From assembly GCF_009914755.1 (NCBI RefSeq), contig NC_060940.1: DNA of 64,000 nt; one strand, given 5' to 3'. The translations under genes and the position numbers were made by a program. The notes beneath the pieces are model-generated. The model worked only from the letters and a program-made list of their open reading frames with translations. It searched no databases and was not told the origin of the DNA. The DNA comes from the human T2T-CHM13v2.0 reference genome, Homo sapiens. Below are positions 35,802-51,840 of this stretch, piece after piece (within the stretch, counting starts at the first letter, position 1; each line of letters opens with the position of its first letter).

Positions 35802-37662
35802 TTCTGTTTATTTCTTATACAAACCAGTTAATTATCTGTTTTTTTCTTACCCTAGAGTAACCTGGCTTTGTTTAGAATGGCTCAGTTCATAAGCAAAAAT
35901 ATCTATTAAGTATATTCTCATGAAAGAATAGGTCAATTCACTTCTTGAGAGAACTCCTGAGGTTAGCTTAAAAAAAACACAAAACCTCATTTTTCCCCTG
36001 ACTTACACTTTCTTTACTTAAAAATGGCTACATTAAGAGTTAGAGAGAAGCTCTAGGCTATTTACCTATGGCCACGTAGAATTTGACTCATATTTCTTGA
36101 CTCTGTGTCCATAGCTCTTTCCTTTATCTGACACCATTTCTTTTCTATATTCTCTTCCTAGAAAAAAAAAAAAAAACGCTCTTCCCTTAACACCATCTGC
36201 CTGGCTTTTCTTTAATCTTGTGCAGTTCAGCTCTGCATATCAAGAAGCCAACACCTTGGTAAGAATCATTAATTTTCAGAAGCTTTTATTTCCGTGACTC
36301 CAAAGATAATTGCTAAAAATAGGTGTATTCCCTGCAAGATGCTGTTAAAATCAACTCGTTTTGTGGTCAGGCTTCCCAAAGGCACCAAGGCCGTGTTGAG
36401 AATGCAAGTGTTTTAGCAGCTGTGACAAACTTATCCCATGAACAGGCATGCAGTCAATAATTAGTTTTCAGAGGCAGCCTTTGGTACTCGGAGTTAGAAG
36501 CAGGTGGGTACACATGCCTGGAGATGCCCAGGTAGACTTGGAATTTCCCAAGAGGGGAACGTGCATCATTTTTCAAAAATGCAGGAGTGGCATGGGGAAA
36601 AGAAGTTAGCTGGGAAACTCACACCTAGGTTTCTTGGCATTACAAAAGTCTGCAAATATATTCCCTGTATGTGAAGCCTTCCATTAATGTTGGGAATGAA
36701 TGCCTTTTAGCATCTAGAGGAGGCATCCTGATTAGCATAGGCTCAAGGTCTAAAAGAAACTAGAAGCAGGTTACAAGTGGGTACAGTTCTTAATTTCTGT
36801 AGTCCCCACTTAGGTCCGTAGAGGGAGGTAGTTCTGCTAATGCTTCTGTTTTCTTTGCAGTGTGGGGAGGAAGTTTATGCATTTGGGCAAGGCATGGCTT
36901 ACTTCCTCATTGGGTGATCCAGAGGCAACTGTTACACTTTTCCCTCTCCCTCTGTCTGTGGTCATCCTTCCTCCACCTCTCCCTCTCTTCCTCCCTTCCT
37001 GTCTTTCTCTGTGCTTCTTTGTATCTGCCGTCCTTCCTCTTGTGGACCGATCTGCTCCCAGGTACAACGAGGACTGGCATTTCCTTCTTCTTGTAGAGAC
37101 CAGGCAGACTCTTCTGTGTTTGCCTTTTCACACACTCTTCTGTGTTTACAGCTTTTCAACCTGTAACTGGGTGGGGAAATCTGGGTCATGCTGGTCTGAA
37201 AGTCTAGATTTGTAAGGGGAGCCATGCGATGCTCTCCAATTGAGCTTCATAAGGAAAACTAATTCTGCAGTTGATCCTCCTCTGGCTCTTTGAATGTTTC
37301 CCTCAAATAGGTTAGAATCCACAGCAGGAGGAAAGGGCATGACTAATGTCCCTGAATTTTCTGCACACGGATGGCTGGCTGGGAACTCTGAAAAGTTCTA
37401 CATGAGGACTAGCCCTTGAAGACTAAGGACGATGTGGGGAAACACATTTCTTATTATATCACAATGTCACAGAGATATTTATATTTTTCTTGGGGTCAAC
37501 AGGGGTTCATTCTCTCAGTGATCGGGGGTGAAGCCAGGTTGGGAAAGCAAGGGAAATTTGCCTCAACACAGGCTATTGCATGCAGTGGGTGCACTTTTTA
37601 AATTTAAATTTATGGCTTTTTGCTAAGATCCATGGTTTAAAAAAAAAAAAAAAAAGAGTATA

Positions 37663-38234
37663 GGCTGGGCGTGGTGGCTCATGTCTGCAATCCCTGCACT
37701 TTGGGAGGCCGAGGTGGGTGGATTGCCTTGAGCTCAGGAGTTTGAGACCATCCTGGCCAACATGGTGAAATCCCATCTCTACTAAAAATACAAAAATTAT
37801 AATCCCAGCACTTTGGGAAGCCAAGGCGGGTGGATCACGAAGTCAGGAGATCGAGACCATCCTGGCTAACACGGTGAAACCTCATGTCTACTAAAAATGC
37901 AAAAAAATTAGCCGGGCGTGGTGGTGGGCGCCTGTTGTCTCAGCTACTTGGGAGGCTGAGGCAGAAGAATGGTGTGAACCTTGAGGGCAGAGCTTGCAGT
38001 GAGCCGAGGTTGCGCCACTGCACTCCAGCCTGGGCGACAGAGCAAGACTCTGTCTCAAAAAAAAAAAAAAAAAATTAGCTGGGCATGGTGGCATGCACCT
38101 GTAGTCCTAGCTACTCAGGAGGCTGAGGCAGGAGAATTGCTTGAACCGGGAGGTGGAGGTTGCAGTGAGCTGAGATCGTGCCACTGCACTCCAGTCTGGC
38201 AAAAGAGTGAGATTCTGTCTCAAAAAAAAAAAAA
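37663..38234 (+). mobile_element. AluS with AluY (37800-38073) inserted in its A-rich linker
   Basis: Left arm ...AAAAATTA | 5'-clipped AluY + poly-A | AAAAATTAGCTGGG right arm. Confidence 0.9.
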
Positions 38235-38269
38235 ATTAAATTTTATCTATTTATCTTCTTTACATATAT

Positions 38270-38463
38270 ATTTTTGAGACAGGGTCTTGCCTTGTCACCC
38301 AGGCTGGAGTGCAGTAGTGCAATTATGGCTCACTGCAGCCACCTAATTTTTAAATTTTTTTGTAGAGATAGAGTCTCACTACGTCGCCCAGGCTGCTCTC
38401 AAACCCCTGGCCTCAAGTGATCCTCCCCACTCAGCCTCCCATATAGCTAAGATTAGAGGTGCA
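38270..38463 (-). mobile_element. AluJ with internal deletion
   Basis: CACTGCAGCC joined to ACCTAATTTTT. Confidence 0.8.
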
Positions 38464-38807
38464 TACTCTTTTTTTTTTTTTTTAAATTTCAACTTTTTTT
38501 TAAGACTCAGGGTATATGTGCAGCTTTGTTGGGTATATTGCGTAATGCTGAAGTTTGGGCTATAAATGATCTTTTCACCCAGGTAGTGAGCATAGCACCC
38601 AATAGGTAGTTTTTCAACACTTGCCCCATGAGTCCTTTCTCCCTCTGTTAGTCCCCAGTGTGTGTCACTCCCATCTGTATGTCCATGTGTAGCCAATGTT
38701 TAGCTTCCACTTATAAATGAGAACATGCAGTATTTGGTTTTCTATTCCTGCATTAATTCACTTAGCATAATGGCCTCCAGCAGCATCCATGTTACTGCAA
38801 ATGATAT

Positions 38808-39590
<783 letters not shown>

Positions 39591-40897
39591 TTATGGCTGT
39601 GTAGTATTCCATAGTGTAAATGTACCACATTTTCTTTATCCAACCCATTGTTGGTAGGCACCTAGGTTGATTCCATGTCCTCGCTATTGTGAATAGTGCT
39701 GCAATGAACATACAAGTGCAGTTATCTTTTTGGTAGAATGATTTATTTTCCTTTGGGTATATACCTATAGTGTGACTGCTTGGTTGAGTGGTAATTCTAT
39801 TTTTAGTTCTTTGAGAAATCTCCAGACTGGTTTCTACAGTGGTTGAACTAATTTACATTCCCACCAACAGTGTATGAGCGTTCCCTTTTCTCTGCAGTCT
39901 GGCTAGCATCTGTTATTCAAAATACTCTTTAGTGACTGCTACATCTTCCCTGCCTCATAATCACCACCCTGTTACTACACTTCTGGGGATTACTTACCAA
40001 ATAACATCCCTGTAGCCAAGTCCTAGACACTGCTTTTGGGGAAACCAAAATTAAGATACTAGAAGACCTCTTGGGTGTCAAATGTTTGGAGCACTAAACA
40101 TTGGTAAGTGGAAATCCAATTTATTTCTTTCTCACCTTATCTAGCTTCTCATCCAGAATTAAGGGAGTATGAATGTCAAGTTCTGATCAAGTTAAGAAAA
40201 TAGGTATTAAAAGAGATTTTAATGGTACATTGAGTATAGCTTGAGGAATTAAAAAGTAGGAAAGGCATGATTTGGGGCAAAAGTATATGACAGAGGTCAT
40301 CACTTTTATTTGAATTCTGTAGCAAGTGCTAGCAATAGTAGTGGTGGAACTTTGCCAACCACAGGAATTATTAAAAATTTTAAATCTTTGTCAGTTATAT
40401 GAGGTTGAAAATAATGGTAGCATATTTGCTGTTTTCATTCATGTTTCTTTAATTATAGTTGGCAGAGAGCATTTTTTCCTTATATTTACTAATCACTTAT
40501 TTTTTCTGTAACCTATTCTACAAATTACTTAACAAATCATTTTGATGGTAGATATTTAGATCAAGTCTCCTTTTTAACTATTTTAAGAACTGCTACAATA
40601 TGCATGGGGAAAAAATCCAATCTTCCTCATAACTGGGGTACTGCAAATTGAAAGAACAATATCATTTTTGTATACCTTTTTGTCATAAACATTGAAATGT
40701 TTGGTAATACCCTATGTATACAGTTTTTGCAGGAAAATTGGCACTAAGATTGACAGTGTAAATTGGTACACTGTTTTGGAGGGCACTCGAGCAATTTCTA
40801 TCAAAATTTAAAATATGCGCATCCATTATTTCAGCATTTCAAGAGAATTTGTCCTGCAAATATGCTTACATGAAGTTGCAAATATTACGCTTTATTT

Positions 40898-40898
<1 letters not shown>

Positions 40899-40931
<33 letters not shown>

Positions 40932-40962
40932 TGCGCATGTGCATGTGTGCGTGCATGCATGC
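40899..40962. repeat. (TG)n plus extended alternating purine-pyrimidine tract
   Basis: 64 nt of unbroken R/Y alternation. Confidence 0.95.
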
Positions 40963-41288
40963 TAGTCTATGCATGAAGAGTAGATTAGCCAAGAAGGAGA
41001 ATTAATCAAGGCTGCTGACTGACTCCTTCCTGAATTTAATCCTGAGGATGATGCAGGAGAGAGGTAGAGGCTCATGCATCCTAGAACCTAACTAAAATGA
41101 TGGAAGTCGTTTGGAGAGGGAGCAAGTGGTTGATTGTCAGTGTGAAAGAGATAGAGAGGCCCAGGTGCCACAGATGGTAGATAGGCAGGGTGAGTTGAAC
41201 CCTCTCTTTGCTACTTAAGCCTAATGTGAGTCTGAGGCACTTGGAGCAATAGCAAGGCAGGGCGGGAGTGCTGTGGAAGTGGTGAGCT

Positions 41289-42133
<845 letters not shown>

Positions 42134-42174
42134 AGCTGATGCGGAGATCTGCAGGTTTGGCCCCTAGATAGTCC

Positions 42175-42884
42175 TGAAACCACCATTGTGAAACTATAAC
42201 TGAGAAAATTATTACAGTGAAAGAGATCTGACCTAACCAATTCCATCTTGTTTCTAAACTCCAAGCTGTCCTTCTTCATTCCTGGGAACTTTGGGATAAA
42301 TTTAGTTTATAGTTTAACTTTGAAACAAAGATGATAACAGCCCTTTCCCAAAATAAACCCCCTTCCTCCCTGAGGACTGGACTGCCTTTGCAGACTAACA
42401 AATTAGCCACAAAATTAGAAATTATGGTTTAGGAGTCATGCAGCTGGAGGGTGCAAGATTCTGACCCTGCTCAAGTTGCTCCTGGGGTGGCATCACTATT
42501 GTCAAATCTAAGATCAGTGCTTGAGATCTTTTGCAGGCCCTGCACTTGATGCATCATCTGGCACCACCTACATTGATAAACTGGCTCATCTGATCTTGTG
42601 GACCCCTCCCAGGAACTGACTCAGTACTAGAGGACAGCTTAGACTCCCTGTGACTTCATCTCCCACCCAACCAATCAGCACTCTTGGCTCACTGGCCCCT
42701 GCCCACCAAATTATCCTTAAAAACTCTGATTCCCAAATTCTTCGGGAGACTGATTTGATTAATAATGAAACTCTGGTCTCCCTCACAGGTGGCTCTGCGT
42801 AAATTACTCTTTCTCTGTTGCAATTCCTCTGTCTTGATAAATCTGTCTAGGCAGCGGGCAAAGTGAACCCTTTGGGCGGTTACA
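42175..42884 (+). mobile_element. LTR8-family solo LTR
   Basis: TGAAACCACC...CAGTGAAAGAGATCTGACCTAACC...GGGCGGTTACA; exact TSD GTCC. Confidence 0.88.
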
Positions 42885-42953
42885 GTCCCAACAGAGGACG
42901 GTATCCCAAGGAGAACAGCACTGCCTGCAGCTTAGGAACTGGTCCATTTCCGG

Positions 42954-43285
42954 GGCTGGACACGGTGGCTCATGCCTGTAATCCCAGCACTTTGGGAGGC
43001 CAAGGAGGGTGAAACACCTGAGGCCAGGAGTTCAAGACCAGCCTGGCCAACATGGTGAAACCCTGTCTCTACTAAAAATACAAAAAATTAGCCGGGCGTG
43101 GTGATGCACACCTGCAATCCCAGCTACTCAGGAGGCTGATGCAGAAGAATCGCTTGAACCTGGCAGGCGGATGTTGCAGTGAGCTGAGACCACGCCATTG
43201 CACTCTAACCCGGACAACACTGTGAGACTCTGTCTCAAAATAAATAAATAAATAAATAAATAAAAATAATAATTAAAAAATAAAT
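42954..43285 (+). mobile_element. AluSx-like with (TAAA)n tail
   Basis: Full dimer, no evident TSD. Confidence 0.92.
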
Positions 43286-44864
43286 AAAGAAAAAATAAAA
43301 ATTCTAAGCTCCTCCACCTCCCATCCCCAACTGACTGAACAGACCCTCTCTGTGCCAAGGAGATTCCAGAGAAACCTGAAAAATGGAATTCCTGGCCATG
43401 ACCCGAAGGGAGGTCAGATGTCTCCCCCTTTTGGAGTTTAGGCACAATTGACCCACATTAACGGTAAAATAGAGATCATAAGACTGACAAAACAGACTCT
43501 GTGTGGCAGTAAGACACCACATTCCAATCTGACTCTGGTATAGCGTCACATGACAGAGAGCAGGCCCTGAAGGAAATAAAAATATTTTACCCCAAATTAT
43601 ATTTTTTGATATATTTTGAAATGGCCCTGCAAAGCCATCTTTTGAGGGGGAAATATGCATCTCTAGAGCATCTCCTTTAATGCAGCCAGGCCTTTCATGG
43701 ATCTGGGAGAGATTAACTAAGAGTATGACATCTTTTAAGGTCTGAAAAGAAACACCATCTATTCTCTCTGAAGGCTGCTTCCAATGAGGCTTCATCTACA
43801 TAATAAGAACCTTGGTCTCCACAACCCACCTTAACTCAGGCTTCATTCTACAGACTTCAAGTCTTCAGAAAAAGCTTAACTCTTTCAACTAATTGCCAAT
43901 CAGAAAATCTTTGAATCCACTTATGACCTGTGAGCTCTCCCAAACCCCCGCTTTGAGATGTCCTGTCTCTTTAGGCTGAACCAATGTGCACCTTCCATGT
44001 ATCAATTTATAATTTCGCCTACAATTCCTGTCTTCCTAAAATGTATAAAACCAACTTGTAACTTAATCACCTTGTCTTACCAGTTGAAGGTGTCCAGGTT
44101 CTTGGTGTCTTGAACAAAGAACTGGACAAAATGCACAAACAAAGCAAGGAAAGAATGAAGAAACAAAAGCAGAGATTTATTGAAAATGAAAGTATACTCC
44201 ACAGTGTAGGAGCTGGCCCAGGCATAGGGTCTCAAGAGCCCCATTACAGAATTTTCTGGGGTTTAAATATCCTGTAGAGGTTTCTATTGGTTACTTGGTG
44301 TATGCCCTCTGTAAATAAAGAGGATGAAGTAAAGTTACAAAGTCATTTACTCATTGTACGCCCTATGTAAATGAAGAAGATATTTTCTGTCATAGCTGAA
44401 GTGTTTCCATTTGATTTAGTTCTAGGAAATCAGCATGAATCTGCCTTATGTTCCCTGCCTCCAGATCCTATTCTCTCTCTCTTTGTTTCTTTTTTTTTTT
44501 TTGAGATGGAGTTTTGCACTTGTTGCCCAGGCTGGATTGCAATGGTGTGACCTTGGCTCACTGCAACCTTCACCTCCTGGGTTCAAGTGATTCTCCTGCC
44601 TCAACCTCCTGAGTAGCTGGGATTACAGGCATGTGCCATCACACCTGGCTAATTTTTTTTTGTATTTTTAGTAGAGACGAGGTTTCACCATGTTGGTCAG
44701 GCTGGTCACCAACTCCTAACCTCAGGTGATCTGTCTCAGACCCTATTCTCTTGCCTCAGGACACATTTTCCCAGGACCTCTTGAGACTGTTCTCAGGGCC
44801 ACAGTCACTCACATAGGCTTGGAATAAGTGCCTAATTTACAGAGTCTGATTTCTTTCATCAACA
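43286..44864 (+). mobile_element. MER4-family LTR interrupted by an LTR15-like element
   Basis: AAAATAAAATTCTAAGC, GAGATCATAAGACTGACAAAACAGACTC, ends TTCATCAACA. Confidence 0.82.
44075..44758 (-). mobile_element. LTR15/MER51-related LTR with 5'-truncated Alu 44481-44737 (-)
   Basis: Reverse complement starts TGAGGCAAGAGAATAGGGTCTG; Alu TSD CAGA(T/C)CCTATTCTCT. Confidence 0.75.
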
Positions 44865-45116
44865 GTACTGAAGCACATTCTGGTGAGAGAGACAATAAGC
44901 AAGTAAACAAAATAACAACACAACAACAACAAACAAAAACTTACATACTAATAAATACAATGAAGATAATAGCATGTGGTAGAGAGCAATGTGTGGGTGG
45001 AACAGGGATGCTTTATGTAGGGCAGGGGTGTCAGCATGAGGCTTTCTGAGGAGATGATGGTTGAATCAAGATCTGAATGATAAGTAGGAGTCAGCTCTGT
45101 GAAGATCTGGTGGGAA

Positions 45117-45703
45117 TAAGGCAGGAGAATAGGGTCTGGAGACAGGGAACTTAAGGCCAATTTGTGCTAACTTTCTAAAACAGAAAACACCAACGTCTGG
45201 GGGCAGGAAATCAAAGGCCAATTAATAACAACTTCCTAAAGCTACATCAAAAGGGGAAACTCCATTTCCCCACCCCGAATAACAAAGGATCAAAGGCTAC
45301 TTTCCCTACAGCTCTCCGCCTTCTGCCAGGTCTCAGATGGAAAGGGAGAATGTCTTGGATTGGCCTTGGGCCAAGCAGGGACCATCCCTTCATCTATAGG
45401 GCACCAATTCACCTCAGCTTTTAATTAGCCACAGACCAAATCCTTCATCCAGATAAGGGGTAGCTGATAAGAAACTACAATGGAATACTTAAAGACCAGA
45501 ACACTTTGTAACCCGGCCCTTGAGCTGCTTGCTTGGGCCCACTCCCACCCTGTGGGGTGCTTTCTCAGTTTAATAAATTCCTGCTTTCGCTGCTTCCTTC
45601 CTGCATTTTATTCCTCTGCTACTTTTGTAGGATTTTGTTCAATATTTTGTTCAAAACGCCAAGGACTTGGACAACTCATAGTCAAGACCCTCCACCGGTA
45701 ACA
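45117..45703 (+). mobile_element. MER51-like LTR inserted in L2
   Basis: TAAGGCAGGAGAATAGGGTCTGGAGACAGGGAAC...CCACCGGTAACA; exact TSD GGAA. Confidence 0.82.
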
Positions 45704-45804
45704 GGAACACATTCCAGGTAGAAGGAGAAGCATCTGCAAATGCTCTGAGGCAAGAATGACACATTCTTCTACCTTCTCTTCTGTTTTTTCCTCATTTCTA
45801 GTAA

Positions 45805-46128
45805 ATTATTTTTTAATTTTTAAAATTTTTATTATTATTATTTTGTGAGATAGCGTCTTGCTCTGTCACCCAGACTAGAGTGCAATGGCATAATCTCGGC
45901 TCACTGAAACTTCCACCTCCTGGGTTCAAGTGATTCTACTGCCTCAGCCTCCCAAGTACCTGGGATTACAGGTGCACACCACCACACCCGGCTAATTTTT
46001 GTATTTATAGTAGAGATGGGGTTTCACCAAGTTGGTCAGGCGGGTCTCGAACTCCTGACCTCAGGGTGACCCGCCCACCTCAACCTTCCAAAGTGTTGGG
46101 ATTACAGGCATGAGCCACTGGATCCAAC
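45805..46128 (-). mobile_element. AluS
   Basis: Full dimer; TSD TAGTAAATTATT. Confidence 0.9.
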
Positions 46129-46253
46129 CTTTAGTAAATTATTGAATAAATGTCTACACTGTAGCAACAATGTCCTCACAATCTTAATCCCCTGTGACCC
46201 AGTTTCTGCTCCTACAGCTTGGCTGAAACTGTTCTCCTGATGGCCACCAATGT

Positions 46254-47278
<1,025 letters not shown>

Positions 47279-47656
47279 ATGTCTTTCTAGGTGTGACAGT
47301 GACCTGAGAATAAGGAAAAAGAAACAGAATGTTAGACCCTGAGTCCTTTTGTCCAGTAGTTGGACATCAGTAGCTCAGCCTCATTCTGTGAGACAGTAGA
47401 TCTTTACCAGGGTAGGGAGTATAGGAGAAGCCTTTATAAGACATGAAAGCCCCCTTAGACTCCTGTAAGCTGTATTGGGTGTCCATCTTTGTGTTTCTCT
47501 AGTCTCTGGCCATAGCTGTTCTCTCTTGATGTTACCTGTATGGAATGTTCTTTCTCTTTGATCTTTACTAGGCTGCCCATTTGTCATTATTTAAACTGTG
47601 ATAGATGGAATTATAGATTCAATCTATCTGTGATAGATTGGCCCCACATTCTCCCT

Positions 47657-47985
47657 TGTTTTTTTTGTTTGTTTGTTTTTGTTTTTGTTTTTTGTGTTGT
47701 TTTTGAGATGGAATCTCACTCTGTCACCCTGGCTGGAGTGCAGTGGTGCAATCCCGGCTCACTGCAACCTCCACCTCTTAGGTTCAAGTGACTGTCCTTC
47801 CTTAGCCTCCTGAGTAGCTGGTGTTACAGGCATCCACCAACACACATGGCTTATTTTTGTATTTTGAGTAGAGTTGGGGTTTTGTCATGTTGCCCAGGCT
47901 GGTCTTGAACTCCTGGTGTCAAGCAATCCACCCATCTTGGCCTCCAACAGTGCTGAGATTCCAGGCATGAGCACCCACACCCGGC
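47657..47985 (-). mobile_element. Alu (J/old S)
   Basis: Full dimer with (TTTG)n tail. Confidence 0.9.
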
Positions 47986-49744
47986 CTCTCCTGTGTAATA
48001 GTATCATGCATCCATTTGTCATGGCCTCATGGTGGGTAGCATCTACTTTCCTGTCTCTTGGCTGTTACTTTGGCTACTGGGATATTAGTAGACATGATGC
48101 AAGCAGAGGCTTGGGATGCGCTAGGTGGGCTGGACTTCATGCATTCCTGTCATTACTGTAGGATGGAAATGCTCCAGGAGTCCAACCCATCCCCCAAAAA
48201 GGGGAGACAGTGCAGCATACATGAACCCAACCCAGCCTGGATCAGCGAAACCCCAGTGAACCAACAGATGTGTGAGCAAGAAATTCACATAAGTTTGACA
48301 TAAATATAACTTAATACATATGAAATGAATAAATAAATCTTGCATATACTGCAATTGTTTATAGGCTTGTCTGTGAGCTCTTTGGGGTTGGGGGTAGGAA
48401 CATTGCTGCATAATAGGGGCCATCAATGGTCGAGGTAAGCAGTAGGCACTCTGAATACTTTTTGGAGGAGGTCTGAGTCTTCTTCAGGAATCTCTCTAGC
48501 AGCCTCAGCTTCCATTTGTTGGCTATTCACGCAGCAGTCAAGGCAGACTCCTGCTAAATTTTCATGGATTTCAGAGTTTGGTCTTGTGAGTCCTGATTTT
48601 ATGGCCCTTTTCTTATTGACATGAATTCTTATGTGTATTCTCCATTTTGAGTGATCTTCAAGGCTAGACATTCTCCCAAGCCACTAGGTATCCAGGACAT
48701 GCTGCAGAATGATCTGAAGGTGTGCATGGTGATGAGGGGTGATTTGATGTCTGCTCATCATGGAGGATGAGATGGACAGATACATTCCCACGTGTCATCA
48801 GTGACAATAGAGATGCTACCTGATTTACAGGTCTCCTAGGGCACTCCCATTGTGCATTAAAATGTCTATGTTGGAGTGTACTTTGTCTGAGTGTCTTGGC
48901 TCTGGCCTTGGGGATTTAAAAGATAAATTCACTCACATTGGCTTTGTTGGCCAGACAAAGCTCTGGGTGATAATTCTAAAGTAAGATGTCTGTGTAGAGA
49001 ACGCTAAGATCTATCTGCATGAGGTGGAAATCGTTTGCTTTTGGTCCAACATGTTCTCTCTCTCTCTCTTTTTTTTTTTTTTTTTTTGCTTTTTCTTTGG
49101 GAAAATGACCTTTCCCCATTGAATATTGTATTGGCGTGATTGTCAAATGTGGTACTTGTCTTAATTTAGATTGCCACCAAAGTAATCTTAGGTAAAGACG
49201 TTGAGTTCAAGTAGTTTATTTGGGATGTGATTTTGAGAGAGATTCAGGATCTTGAGATGAGAAGTTCATCGTGTGCTTGCAGCTGTCTACTGAAATTACA
49301 TGCAAACTCAGGTGAGCCAAGAAGATAGGGTTTATCAACAGCATCTTCCTTTTTTTTAATTTTTGATTTTAATTTCTGTGGGTACAAAGGAGATACAGAG
49401 CAGCATCTTCTTACTACCATTTCCTCTTCTGGCTAAATGGTGGACCCAATCCCAAGCTGGTCCAATCAGATACTCTCTTTCTGAAATCTGAGAAGAATAG
49501 CATGAGGAATGGGAAATGACTGGCTTCTGTTCACCTCCATGATGGAATCCAGGAGTGACTGGTCACTAGTTCTTGCCACCCAGATGCCCAGAGTGGCACC
49601 AATTTACATCCTTTTGGTTGTTCAGTTTTGCCTTCAGTTCTCTGAGCTTCCCTATAAAACTTTCCAATAAATTCTGTTTTGATTAAATTGGTTAGAGCTC
49701 ATTTCTATGTTGTGCATACAAAACACCCTGACAGATTTCCTGAG

Positions 49745-50983
49745 TGTCTTAGTCTATTTTCTGTTGCTATAACTGAGTACCTGTAATTTATTTTATTTTA
49801 TTTATTAATTTATTTTTGGAATGGTATCTCACTGTTACCCAGGCTGGAGTGCAGTGGCACAATCTTGGCTCACTGCAACCTCTGTCTCCTGGGCTCAAGT
49901 GACCCTCCCACCTCAGTCCTCCAAGTAGTGAGGACCGCAGGCACATGCTACAATGCCTGGCTAAGTTTTTGTTTGTTTGTTTGTTTTGTAGAGATGGGTT
50001 TTTTCCATGTTGGCCAGGCTGGTCTCGAACTCCTGGGCTCAAGCAATCCGCCCACCTCAGCCTCCCAAAGTGCTGGGACTACAGGCATAGACCACAGTGT
50101 AGACTAGGTAATTAATAAAGAAAAGAAATGTATTTCTTACAGTTTTGGAGGCTGGGAGGTCCAAGGTCAAGGGGTTGCCTCTGGTGGAGGCCTTGTTGGT
50201 GGAGACTCTCTGCAGAGTCCCAAGGTGGGACAGAGCATCACATGGTGAGAAGGCTCATGAGAGATGTGCAGGGGATAGGCCCCCAAATCTGGCCATAAAC
50301 TGGCCCCCAAACTGGCCATAAACAAAATCTCTGCAGCACTGTGACATGTTCATGATGGCCATGATGCCCATGCTGAAGGTTGTGGGTTTACCAGAATGAG
50401 GGCAAGGAACACCTGGCCCACCCCAGGGCAGAAAACCACTTAAAGACATTCCTAAGCCACAAACAATAGCATGAGTGATCTGTGCCTTAAGGACGTGTTC
50501 ATGCTGCAGATAACTAGCCAGAGCCCATCCCTTTATTTCCCGTTAGGAATACTTTTAGTGAACCTGTAATCTATAGAAACAATGCTTATCACTGGCTTGC
50601 TGTCAGTAAATATGTGGGTAAATCTCTGTTTGGGGCTCTCTGCTTTGAAGGCTGTGAGTCCCCTGATTTCCCACTCTACGTGCTATATTTCTGTGTGTGT
50701 GTGTCTTTAATACCTCTAGCACTGCTGGGTTAGGGTCTCCCCGACTGAGCTGGTCTCGGCAGAGATGGACAAACTGGCTTTGATAACATACCCACTCTTG
50801 TGACAACTAACCCACTTTCTCAATAACCCATTCATCCATCAATTCATAAATGGAGTAATTTATTCATGAGGGCAGAGCTCTTATGACCCAATCAATGCCC
50901 ATAGGTTCCACCTCTCAACACCGCTACATTGAGGATCAAGTTTGCAACACATACATTTTGGGGGACATGCCCAAACCATAGCC
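49745..50983 (-). mobile_element. MSTD/MLT1A-like MaLR LTR hosting an AluJ (49787-50099, -) and MER9
   Basis: TGTCTTAGTCTATTTTCTGTTGCTATAAC...CAAACCATAGCC. Confidence 0.8.
50267..50761 (+). mobile_element. MER9 (HERV-K9/HML-3) solo LTR
   Basis: CCCCAAATCTGGCCATAAACTGGCCCC...GAGCTGGTCTCGGCA; exact 6-bp TSD GAGATG, typical of betaretroviral integration. Confidence 0.92.
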
Positions 50984-51001
50984 CTGGGTCTACTCTGTCA
51001 G

Positions 51002-51032
<31 letters not shown>

Positions 51033-51269
51033 GGCTTTTCATGTGGCTGGAAATGAAAATGGCATGCTTTGAACTCTCAGCAAGAAATCAGACAATGGAA
51101 TAATCTTTGCCCACATTTGCTGAAGAGCTCAAGACCCAGCCCTCATCCTTTGCTTTTGCTTTAGATAACTCACTTTCCCCAGGGTACCCTACTTATCACC
51201 CTGAGCTAATCATGAGTCTCTGATATTGCTCTTGGATAATCATATAATGTAATATGGCGTAGTATAATA

Positions 51270-51840
<571 letters not shown>

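Larger units (their letters stand above)
34190..36753 (+). repeat. Dispersed direct duplication, copies 34190-34334 and 36605-36753
   Basis: CTGGGAAACTCACACCT-GGTTTCTTGGCATT-CAAAAGTCTGCA...ATAGGCTCAAGG-CTAA in both; about 17 substitutions plus a 4-nt indel by hand count. Confidence 0.92.

Noticed and set aside
44075-45703. Inverted similarity AGGCA-GAGAATAGGGTCTG between two LTRs
   Set aside because: Explained by related 5' ends of the LTR15-like and MER51-like families.
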